NCBI GenBank assembly: GCA_048940925.1
Contig: JBHLOC010000036.1
Span: 1 to 15,822 of the forward strand
Direction of reading: 5' to 3'
Length of the DNA stretch: 15,822 nt
Source of the DNA: Promethearchaeota archaeon
GTDB taxonomy: Archaea; Asgardarchaeota; Lokiarchaeia; Sigyniarchaeales; SOKP01
The stretch's first letter is position 1; each line of letters opens with the position of its first letter. Positions 8,033 to 15,822 of this stretch are shown here, piece by piece. Both the position numbers and the translations under genes were made by a program. The notes under the pieces are model-generated. The model had not been told where the DNA came from, made no database searches, and was given only the letters and a program-made list of their open reading frames with translations.

Positions 8033-8773
8033 CTAAGAGTTAAAATTCTCGATGTATTTTAATAATTCAGGTAAAGTTTCTTTATTTAAGGTAAGAAAAT
8101 CTCCATCAATTTTCACCTGAAATTTTTCTCCCAGATCAATTAATAAATCGTACAATTTTGTTTTATCGATATTTAATAAGTTTTCAATCATATCAATTCT
8201 AATCTGGTTAGACATTTGAAGTAAAGAAATTAATTGTGAACGCTTTTGTGTTTGATTCTTTAAAACCTTACTTTTTTTAAGTTCGTCTAATTCACTTCGA
8301 ACATGGGATCTAGCTTGAAGTGCGTATGTAAATTTCGGATCGATTTCTAATGCTCTTTCATAGTATGTTAAAGCTTCTTGTAGTTCGCCATTGCATTCAT
8401 AGAGCAATCCTAAATTATATACGCAATGCTTATAATCTGGTTTCAAACTAAGTGCTTTCTCGTAGTATTCTTTTGCTTTTCCCACTTCCTTTAAGTTAAA
8501 ATGAGCAATTCCTATGTTATAATAAGCCCTATAATTATTAGGATCTATAAGAATAATCCTATTGAAAATATTCTTGGCTTTCTCGAATTCTAGGACATAG
8601 ATATCGTTGAGATACCCTCCATAGAAAAGTAAGGTGTCTATAAGAGAATTTTTCACGAGTTCAGAGGTAGGTTGACTCTTATACAAATCTTCTAAAATTT
8701 CTAACGCTTCCTCAAATTTTTCTTGATCTCTTAACCTTATTGCTTTTTTAATAAGTTCCTCGATAGTATTTAT
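8033..8773 (-). CDS. Tetratricopeptide-repeat protein with C-terminal winged-helix (PCI-like) domain; start extended to ATA 8773
   Basis: TPR consensus repeats (AYYNIGIAHFNLKEVGKAKEYYEKALSLKP; CVYNLGLLYECNGELQEALTYYERALEIDP). The frame stays open upstream of TTG 8686 and encodes another TPR-like helix pair (IEELIKKAIRLRDQEKFEEALEILEDL). GGTG lies 8 nt before ATA 8773. The start position is less certain than the TPR call. Confidence 0.85.
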   Translation of the reverse strand: MNTIEELIKKAIRLRDQEKFEEALEILEDLYKSQPTSELVKNSLIDTLLFYGGYLNDIYVLEFEKAKNIFNRIILIDPNNYRAYYNIGIAHFNLKEVGKAKEYYEKALSLKPDYKHCVYNLGLLYECNGELQEALTYYERALEIDPKFTYALQARSHVRSELDELKKSKVLKNQTQKRSQLISLLQMSNQIRIDMIENLLNIDKTKLYDLLIDLGEKFQVKIDGDFLTLNKETLPELLKYIENFNS

Positions 8774-8832
8774 GTGTTTTACACCAAGTTATAACTTAAT
8801 TATCTATATGCTTGGAAATAAATAATAAACAG

Positions 8833-9297
8833 CTATATCTCATGTTCGTACCAGATAAATTTTGATTTTTTTATTCCAAGTTTTATAAGTAGACTACGAA
8901 AGGCACTGTCAGAGTCAGGGCAAATGAAATAGACTTTATCTATTTTAAGTGTTCTTTTAATATACAATTGTAATTCTCGAATTAATTTTTCTTCAATTCC
9001 TTTTTTGAAAGAATCTTCCTTTCTTGTCATGATTTGATGGATTATGACTCTATCATTTCCTAAATAGTCTCGAAATATAGTATACATTCCAAACCCTACG
9101 ATTTTTCCCTCTTCCTTCCCGATGATCATGCCGTTTCTGTATTGTAAATCTAATGTTCTTTTGTTCAGTTCTTCCTCAAATTTTTGCCAATGTGAAAAGA
9201 AATATGATTTATTCTCAATAAAATCATTAAATAACGCTTTTAATGCTTCTTTATCGCTCCTAGGGTCATATCTATCAATAACGATCAAATTTATCAC
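8833..9297 (-). CDS. GNAT-fold protein (degenerate acetyltransferase-like); true start possibly TTG 9288
   Basis: GNAT strand pattern 'MIIGKEEGKIVGFGMY...VIIHQIMTR...KKGIEEKLI...KVYFIC...LIKLGI'. The called GTG lies inside a GGTGAT RBS-like motif that precedes TTG 9288. Confidence 0.7.
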   Translation of the reverse strand: MINLIVIDRYDPRSDKEALKALFNDFIENKSYFFSHWQKFEEELNKRTLDLQYRNGMIIGKEEGKIVGFGMYTIFRDYLGNDRVIIHQIMTRKEDSFKKGIEEKLIRELQLYIKRTLKIDKVYFICPDSDSAFRSLLIKLGIKKSKFIWYEHEI

Positions 9298-9439
9298 CAG
9301 TAGAAATATTATTATTTATTATTTATTATTTAATTGTTTAAATGAATAATAATTTTATAAGATTATTTTCTTTACAGATTTAATTAGTCTTTAATAAGAA
9401 TCATTTTTTAACATTTAGAATAACTAAAATTGAGGTATA

Positions 9440-9970
9440 ATGAGTCGAGACAATAATAATTCATATGAAAATCAAGAAAAAGTATCAATTTTCATTAAGA
9501 AACTAAGGAAAGATGTAGAAATTCCTAATCCATCGAAACCGGGTGACGCAGGAGCAGATGCAAGAATAGTGGGATTCAAAAAAATTAGTAAAAAAAAAGA
9601 TAAAAAACACCTAATAGAAGTTGATTCTGATTCTTATACTCTAAAACCCCTGGAACGTGTAGGTTGTCAGTTGGGTTTTGCGACTGCGATTCCTGAAGGA
9701 TATTATTTTAAAGTAGTTCCTAGAAGTGGGTTATCATTATGGGAAGGAATATCCATTGTTAATAGTCCTGGCACGATAGACGCTGGATTTAGAGACGAAT
9801 GGATGGCGATAATCGTAAATCTCTCAAATGACAACGTTATTCTAAAAAAAGGTGATAGAATTTGTCAAATCGTTTTGTCTAAGATGAATAATTATGAATT
9901 TGTTGAAACTGATAATCTTCCTGAGTCCGATCGGGGAAAAGGGGGTTTTGGGAGCACAGGAAAGAATTGA
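9440..9970 (+). CDS. dut: Trimeric dUTP diphosphatase
   Basis: All five motifs present: AGAD, PRSG, GTIDAGFR, DRICQ and RGKGGFGSTG. GAGGT RBS upstream. Confidence 0.96.
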   Translation: MSRDNNNSYENQEKVSIFIKKLRKDVEIPNPSKPGDAGADARIVGFKKISKKKDKKHLIEVDSDSYTLKPLERVGCQLGFATAIPEGYYFKVVPRSGLSLWEGISIVNSPGTIDAGFRDEWMAIIVNLSNDNVILKKGDRICQIVLSKMNNYEFVETDNLPESDRGKGGFGSTGKN

Positions 9971-10117
9971 TGTTAGAATTCATGTGTGTGAAAAACTTTG
10001 TCCTATCATAACTCCGATAAAGTGTTTAAAATACATCTAATCATAAAGACCTTCTAATAATAAACCTCTTATTTTTTTCAATATTTTCCTTTCTAATATT
10101 ATAGTTTTAGGGATATT

Positions 10118-11641
10118 ATGAGTGAAAACAATAAGGATTCAAGTAAAAGACATTTTATTGAAGATTTCTTAAATCCAAAGAGCCTTACAGTCTTTGGGGC
10201 AAACAATAATCTGATGACAACTATGGGTTCTATGCAACTTCGCAATATCATCGCTGGTGGTGGGCTTGAGGAAGAGATTTATCCTGTTCATCCTCGATTA
10301 GAGAAAGTTCAAGGATTTAAAGCATATAAATCTGTGTTTGATATCCCCATAGTTCCTGATTTAGCTTTTTTAATATTGCCGACTCAGATAGTGCCAGAAG
10401 TAATGGAACAATGTGGTCAAAAAGGTATAAAACGGTTAATTATAACTTCAGGGGGATTTAGAGAAAGTGGTTCAACTGGGCGTGAATTATCTCGGAAGAT
10501 TGATGAAATTGCAAATAAATATAATATGAGATTTATTGGCCCTAATTGTTTAGGGGTTTTTAATGGTTGGTTTCGCTATCCAGAGAAAAAAGATGCATAT
10601 TTAAATACATTTTGGATCTATCTCCCACATAAAAGGGGTAATATTTCAATTGTGAGTCAATCAGGCACAATAGCTGCCCAAACAACGTGGTATACTAATG
10701 ATATGGGGGTAAAAATTGGCAAATCTATATCAGTTGGTAATGAGAGAAATGTTGATATTGTAGATTTGCTAGAGTATTTTAAGAATGATCCTCAAACAGA
10801 GGTTATTGGACTCTATATAGAAGAAATAAAGCGTGGAAAAGAATTCATAACACTAGCAAAAGAAATTACACCAAAAAAGCCAATTGTAGCTATATATGCT
10901 GGAGGAACTGATGCAGCAGCGAGATCCATCATGTCTCATACAGGTTCTATTAGTGGTGATGATAAAATTTTTGATGCAGTGTTTAAAGAAACGGGAATTA
11001 TTTCTACTAATTCAATATTAGATTTCTTGTGTTTTCTCAGAACATTATCTCAAGCACAGTCTTATCATGTATATCCCAGGGGAAAACGGGTGGGAATTAT
11101 TACAGATTCTGGAGGTCCTGGGGCAATGATGACTAAAACGGCAGAGCTATATGGATTGGAGATACCAGAATTCTCTACAAGGTTACAGGAAGAAATTGCT
11201 AAGGATTTACCGACTACTGCAAGTGCTATGAATCCTATCGATGCAACATTTCATGAAAACTTTTTAAATATGTTAATTAAGTTTCCAAAAATGTTAATCA
11301 AATCTAAAGAGGTTGACAGCATTATCGCTTTTGGTATATATGATTTTGACGAGATTATAGACGTTATCCAGAGTTCAGGCGGACAAGTCAATGAGAGGAT
11401 GAAAGAAATGGAAAATATGATAGATAAAATGGTGATATTCCCTATAAAAAAGTTAATGAAAAAGTACTCAATTCCTGTGTTTTATGCGGGCCCGGTTCCT
11501 TATAGGTCTTCTTTGATGAAAAAATTCAGTTCTTCAGATATTCCCGTGTTTTCGCTATGGGATCAACCTACAAAATGTCTTGCATTATTATGTCAATATT
11601 CAGATTATCGAAGGAAGCATAACATAATTTTATCATCTTAA
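10118..11641 (+). CDS. Acyl-CoA synthetase (NDP-forming) alpha-subunit-like, CoA-binding protein
   Basis: FLNPKSLTVFGA, YPVHP, ITSGGFRE, GPNCLG, VSQSG, SVGN, SHTGS (phospho-His at 10937-10939), TDSGGPG and NPID motifs. No ATP-grasp beta domain in this ORF. Confidence 0.92.
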   Translation: MSENNKDSSKRHFIEDFLNPKSLTVFGANNNLMTTMGSMQLRNIIAGGGLEEEIYPVHPRLEKVQGFKAYKSVFDIPIVPDLAFLILPTQIVPEVMEQCGQKGIKRLIITSGGFRESGSTGRELSRKIDEIANKYNMRFIGPNCLGVFNGWFRYPEKKDAYLNTFWIYLPHKRGNISIVSQSGTIAAQTTWYTNDMGVKIGKSISVGNERNVDIVDLLEYFKNDPQTEVIGLYIEEIKRGKEFITLAKEITPKKPIVAIYAGGTDAAARSIMSHTGSISGDDKIFDAVFKETGIISTNSILDFLCFLRTLSQAQSYHVYPRGKRVGIITDSGGPGAMMTKTAELYGLEIPEFSTRLQEEIAKDLPTTASAMNPIDATFHENFLNMLIKFPKMLIKSKEVDSIIAFGIYDFDEIIDVIQSSGGQVNERMKEMENMIDKMVIFPIKKLMKKYSIPVFYAGPVPYRSSLMKKFSSSDIPVFSLWDQPTKCLALLCQYSDYRRKHNIILSS

Positions 11642-11799
11642 TGAAGATTTATTTTTTTATTTATCCTTATATGTATTGATATAATCCCAATATTTTTTGT
11701 TTTAGAATAATTTTAAATAATTGGTTTTAATATTAAATTAAAAATTACATTAACAATCCTATTGCTGAGTTAAAAGAATATAATTATTTCATATAATAG

Positions 11800-12957
11800 G
11801 TGTCTCTAATTTCAAAGGATATAAGCAAACATAAAATTGATAAACAGATTCAAAAAAAACCAGAAGAATTATATCGTAAATTGTTTGAAACTTCACCAAA
11901 TATGATTATTTTAATTAATAATCAGGGTGAAATAATAGATCTGAACACTAAAACTTTAGAATTTCTCAATCTTGAAAAAGAAAATGTGATAGGAAAGGAT
12001 TTAGAAGCATTATCCTTCATTCCTGCGGAAATGTATCATAATTTAAAAAAAAAGTTTAGAAAAATACTTGAAAAGCGTAGTATAGATTCAATAGAACTAC
12101 AACTTGAAAATTTAGGAACTGGAAGAAAGTGGATAAGTACCCAAGGATCATTGGTACAATTAAAAGATGAAAATCTAATACAGCTTACAATTCAAGATAT
12201 TACTACCAAAAAAAAAGCTGAATTTTTAATTAAAGAACAAGTAAAGAAACTTCAAGAATTAGATCAGAAAAAAACTGATTTTGTAAATCGAGCATCTCAT
12301 GAGATAAAAACACCTATAGCGTCAATATATGGAGCATGTCAATTACTTTACGAATTATATAAAGATGATTTAAATGAAGAAGCCTCAGAATTATTAAACA
12401 TTGCTTTAAGAAGCGGAGCCAGACTTAAACATCTTATCTATAATTTATTTGATGTTTCAAAAATTGATGCATACCAATTTAAATTAACAAAGCATAGAAT
12501 GGATTTAATCACAATATTTAAGGAATGCATAAATGATTTATCATACCTTATTAATACTAATAGTTTACAAGTTTCATTAGATTGCCCAAAAGAATTATAT
12601 ATAGTAGCAGATGAATTTAAAATAGAAGAAGTCATCTTAAATATTCTCATGAATTCAATTAAAAATACTCCTTCTGGAGGAAGTATTTTTTGCCATATAA
12701 GAAAGAAGGAGAAATATGTTGAGGTTTCTGTTAAAGATACCGGCATTGGAATTACTAAAAATGAGATAAAAAAATTATTTACAAAATTTGGGAAATTAGA
12801 AAGGCGTGGAATAAAGGTTAAAATTGATAGTGAAGGTTCAGGTTTAGGGTTATACCTTTCTAAAAAGATTATTAACTTACATGAAGGTCAGATATGGGCA
12901 GAATCAGAAGGTAGAAACAAGGGTACTACAATTATTTTTACTTTACCATTGACCTAG
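11800..12957 (+). CDS. Cytoplasmic PAS-domain sensor histidine kinase
   Basis: PAS domain (YRKLFETSPNMIILIN..GEI...N...LQ.TIQDIT..KKAE), H-box ASHEIKTP, N-box NILMNSIK, G1 DTGIGI, F-box LFTKF and G2 GSGLGLY. No TM segment. Confidence 0.95.
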   Translation: MSLISKDISKHKIDKQIQKKPEELYRKLFETSPNMIILINNQGEIIDLNTKTLEFLNLEKENVIGKDLEALSFIPAEMYHNLKKKFRKILEKRSIDSIELQLENLGTGRKWISTQGSLVQLKDENLIQLTIQDITTKKKAEFLIKEQVKKLQELDQKKTDFVNRASHEIKTPIASIYGACQLLYELYKDDLNEEASELLNIALRSGARLKHLIYNLFDVSKIDAYQFKLTKHRMDLITIFKECINDLSYLINTNSLQVSLDCPKELYIVADEFKIEEVILNILMNSIKNTPSGGSIFCHIRKKEKYVEVSVKDTGIGITKNEIKKLFTKFGKLERRGIKVKIDSEGSGLGLYLSKKIINLHEGQIWAESEGRNKGTTIIFTLPLT

Positions 12958-13034
12958 GATTTTTTTAAATAAAAGAAGATCTTATTTGTTTAATAATTCT
13001 TATACATATTAATCATCCTAAGGTATGTAAATAA

Positions 13035-13583
13035 ATGAAACCAGATTATATATTAAAAATGTGTATATTAGGGCAGAGTGGAGTTGGAAAAACTTCTTTA
13101 GTTAGAAGGCTTTGTTATAATACTTTTGATATAAATACAAAAGAGACCATAGGTCTTGATTTTTATTCGTACGATCTTATCTTTCCTATACAAGAAAGGG
13201 AAGTTTTTGTAAAACTCTCGATCTGGGATTTTGGTAGTCAAGAACAATTTCGAAATTTATTTAGATATTATATTACGGGAGTTAATGGGCTTTTTTTAGC
13301 TTTTGATCTTGTAAATATTCAAAGTTTATTTAATTTAAAATGGTGGTATGATAGCCTACTTGAATATAATCATGAAAATGTCCCAATCATACTCTTAGGT
13401 ACAAAAAATGATTTAATTTTCAATTCTTCAACAAATAATAGTATTGATGAAACTACTATTTACAAAACACAAGAAGAATTTAACATTAAGGACTTTATTC
13501 GAACTTCCTCAAAAGATAATTATAATATTTTACATAGTTTTGAAAAATTAGTAGAAGAAATCTTACTATATTATGAATTGTAA
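13035..13583 (+). CDS. Rab-like small GTPase (Ras superfamily)
   Basis: G1 GQSGVGKTS, G2/RabF1-like TIGLDF, RabF2-like KLSIW, G3 variant WDFGSQ, G4 variant TKND and G5 TSSK. No C-terminal prenylation cysteine. Confidence 0.92.
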   Translation: MKPDYILKMCILGQSGVGKTSLVRRLCYNTFDINTKETIGLDFYSYDLIFPIQEREVFVKLSIWDFGSQEQFRNLFRYYITGVNGLFLAFDLVNIQSLFNLKWWYDSLLEYNHENVPIILLGTKNDLIFNSSTNNSIDETTIYKTQEEFNIKDFIRTSSKDNYNILHSFEKLVEEILLYYEL

Positions 13584-13739
13584 TATACTAAATTTTATCG
13601 AACGATTCCTTAATAATTAAATCTTAATCAAATCCACCACTAATTTTTTATATATATTATTTCTATGATCAAATGAAAAAGAGAAATAAAAACTGTGGTT
13701 AATTCATTTTAATATTCAAATCTTAAATTGTGTTTCAAT

Positions 13740-14738
13740 GTGTCTATAGAATTTTATAATCCACCCTCGGCAATATTGGCATCTGGATCAAAACTTGGAG
13801 TAGAACTTGGAGGTTCAAAGAGTATTCTCAGTATTGATTCACTTCATAATTTATATACTGAAGGTGTAATTTTTAGCGAGTTAAGTTGGGGTGCATTCTA
13901 TCAAGAAGAGGGGCTTGAAGACCAAATTGATACTTTTCAGACAAAAGAATATGACTCTGTACGAGAGGATCCTGAAGCGTTAGTCAATACAATTGTGGAA
14001 AGTGTATATAGTATCATTAATAACAAAAAACTTTTCTATGGGATTGCTGATTTTGAAGTAGATGCATTTCTTAATCAGAATACAATTATTCCAGGATTAA
14101 AATTAGATTATACAATTGTAAACAAACTATTAGAAGCTCATAAAAAAACTAGAGATGCGGAATTATTCCCAAAATTATTATCAGACGCTAAAGGTAGTCA
14201 TAGAGTCAGAGTTGAATTTCAAGGTAATAAAAAAAGGAAACTTCATCTTTTGGGTACTAAGTTAGAAGATTTTGCTGATTTATTGAGATTAGCTAATGGG
14301 TTCGCTACAGGAATTGTATGTACTTCCCGAGGTGCTGCTAATCTTTATATCATGAGCGATAATATTGTATTTAAAGATGATGTACTTCCGGAGCTTTATA
14401 TTGATGAGGAAAATCTTCAAATAATTGATTTAGGGATTGAAAGAAAATTATTATTTCCTATTAGTTGGTTCAGAATTGACCTTGGTATCAAATCATTAGA
14501 AACTTTAGAACTTTGGGATGACATTAAAGATAATTCAAAATTAAAGAAAGCGTTTGAATATTATGACCGATATATTACTGGATTAGTCTATAAAAAATTT
14601 CAAGTCTTAGCTTCTACTGAAAAAATAGGGAGAAATGGAGAAGAAGATTTCGATACGCTTAGTCCTGAAGAAAGAAGGCAGGCACTAAGAGATATGGCTG
14701 AAGCGATAAAAAAGTTGACAGAAGAGTATAAGAAATAG
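13740..14738 (+). CDS. Hypothetical soluble protein (about 332 aa; ORF track start TTG 13728, preferred start GTG 13740)
   Basis: Long ORF with globular composition. TTTAATAT at 13708-13715 lies 25-32 nt upstream of GTG 13740. No family recognised. Confidence 0.85.
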   Translation: MSIEFYNPPSAILASGSKLGVELGGSKSILSIDSLHNLYTEGVIFSELSWGAFYQEEGLEDQIDTFQTKEYDSVREDPEALVNTIVESVYSIINNKKLFYGIADFEVDAFLNQNTIIPGLKLDYTIVNKLLEAHKKTRDAELFPKLLSDAKGSHRVRVEFQGNKKRKLHLLGTKLEDFADLLRLANGFATGIVCTSRGAANLYIMSDNIVFKDDVLPELYIDEENLQIIDLGIERKLLFPISWFRIDLGIKSLETLELWDDIKDNSKLKKAFEYYDRYITGLVYKKFQVLASTEKIGRNGEEDFDTLSPEERRQALRDMAEAIKKLTEEYKK

Positions 14739-14745
14739 AATATAA

Positions 14746-15051
14746 TTATTCTTTTAGAATTCGTGGGGCCTTAAAAAACCCATCTTTTTTATGCTGAGCA
14801 TTTTTTAAGGCTTCTTCATGTGAAAGGGACTTCCAAGGTATATCTTCACGAAAAACGTTCTTCAAACCATCTATAGGATGAGTGGTTGGTTTTACATCAC
14901 TAGTATCTAAATCATCTAATTTCTTGAAATAGTTTAAGATATCACCTAATTGTTCAGAAAGTTTTTCTTTTTCTTCCTCTGTTAAATCTAGCAAAGCTAA
15001 TTTTGAAATGTGCTCTATAGTTTCTCTAGAAAATTCTTTTTTCTTAGACAT
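14746..15051 (-). CDS. gatC: Asp-tRNA(Asn)/Glu-tRNA(Gln) amidotransferase subunit C
   Basis: IEHISKLALL.L.EEE...L..IL.YF..L...DT..V.PT ... NVFRED ... ALKNA....DGFFKAPRI. The start is taken at ATG 15051 (MSKKKEF), with a TATA-like TTTAAAA at about 15079-15073, rather than 15099. Confidence 0.93.
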   Translation of the reverse strand: MSKKKEFSRETIEHISKLALLDLTEEEKEKLSEQLGDILNYFKKLDDLDTSDVKPTTHPIDGLKNVFREDIPWKSLSHEEALKNAQHKKDGFFKAPRILKE

Positions 15052-15167
15052 ACTGAATTCAATAAAATATAGTTTTAAATGATAATTAAGCTTAACCATC
15101 TTAGAATTGTAGTAAGTAATTATTTATAATAAAAAGAGTTAATTACTATGTTCCTTTTATTTGAAAT

Positions 15168-15521
15168 ATGAGTGATAAAGAAGATTTGAGGCTTGAAATT
15201 CCTAGTTATGCTTATATCTCTCTTGCTCGTAGGGGTATGGAAAAAATTTCCTTAGATCAATGCTTTTTAGAAGATTGTGATAATGAAGACTCTAAATTAT
15301 TAGAACCTTTTAAAAAGGAGGAATATGAGGAGGAAAATAAACATATTAAAAAAATCCATATCAAATGTAAAAAGTGTGATGGAATCTTTATTTTAAAGTT
15401 AGTGACTGTGAAGAAAGTTGCAAAATCAACTAAAAATGAAAAGGAAGAACCTTTATCAATGGGTATAGTATACGCATTAGATGAAAATGAAAATTCTCTT
15501 GGTCATATTGGCTATTTTTAA
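15168..15521 (+). CDS. Hypothetical protein with four cysteines (CFLEDC...CKKC), putative zinc-binding
   Basis: 117-aa ORF divergent from gatC, with C-x4-C and C-x2-C pairs. TTTATAAT at 15123-15130 upstream. Confidence 0.8.
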   Translation: MSDKEDLRLEIPSYAYISLARRGMEKISLDQCFLEDCDNEDSKLLEPFKKEEYEEENKHIKKIHIKCKKCDGIFILKLVTVKKVAKSTKNEKEEPLSMGIVYALDENENSLGHIGYF

Positions 15522-15565
15522 AAAAAATTTATCTTAACTTTAATTTTTCTATAGAGGTATAATCT

Positions 15566-15822
15566 CTATTTATTAGATTTTTTTAGCAAGTCTTTTTTGT
15601 CTTTTTTTCCCCTTATCTTTTCTTCTTCATATGGTTTAATAGGTTTTGAGAGATCTAAGGGGGCATTACATACCCAACACGCATTTTCTAAGTTAGTTAA
15701 TGCTCGAGCACAATTCTCACAATAGATTGTATCACATTTACAGATATACATGTACCCTAGTACTTCACCTCTACAAACTAGGCAGACTTTGCGTTCTTTA
15801 TGAATTGAAACTTCTTCCTCAG
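15566..15822 (-). CDS. 5'-truncated gene (runs off the window) ending in a C4C4 RING-like domain
   Basis: Frame open from 15820: EEEVSIHKERKVCLVCRGEVLGYMYICKCDTIYCENCARALTNLENACWVCNAPLD...KK*. The ATG at 15751 in the ORF track is internal to the domain. Confidence 0.88.
   Translation of the reverse strand, partial: EEEVSIHKERKVCLVCRGEVLGYMYICKCDTIYCENCARALTNLENACWVCNAPLDLSKPIKPYEEEKIRGKKDKKDLLKKSNK

Noticed and set aside
9122-9349. 75-aa plus-strand ORF
   Set aside because: Antisense to the GNAT-like gene.
9968-10030. TGA stop of dut as a possible selenocysteine readthrough site
   Set aside because: The protein is complete at motif 5, TAG follows two codons later, and no SECIS-like stem is evident.
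12438-12746. 102-aa minus-strand ORF
   Set aside because: Antisense shadow of the histidine kinase ATPase domain.
15052-15099. N-terminal extension of GatC (MVKLNYHLKLYFIEFS) in the ORF track
   Set aside because: It is not GatC-like and overlaps the likely TATA box; ATG 15051 gives the normal ~100-aa size.
1-15822. CRISPR arrays, tandem repeats, IS elements or rRNA
   Set aside because: No regularly spaced repeats, transposase motifs, terminal inverted repeats or long GC-rich structural RNA were seen.

Overview
Strongly AT-rich archaeal window. The gene content, TATA-like boxes, GGTG/GTGA-type ribosome-binding sites, Rab-like GTPase and C4C4 RING domain point to an Asgard archaeon of the Lokiarchaeia (Promethearchaeota) type; this assignment is an inference. 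In order, the window holds tRNA-Ala(GGC), a decayed LAGLIDADG-like endonuclease fragment, a 1328-aa membrane-anchored subtilase, rpiA, purE, a thiolase, a dodecin, an uncalled 43-aa membrane microprotein, a TPR plus winged-helix protein (probably with an AUA start), a degenerate GNAT, dut, an ADP-forming acyl-CoA synthetase alpha subunit, a PAS histidine kinase, a Rab-like GTPase, a hypothetical protein, gatC, a small Cys4 protein, and the 3' end of a C4C4 RING protein. The best candidate for an undescribed system is the subtilase. Its domain order and several motifs outside the catalytic core resemble eukaryotic Site-1 protease (MBTPS1/SKI-1), and it carries an extra cytoplasmic zinc-ribbon tail. 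All homology calls come from motif reading and recall; no searches were run.
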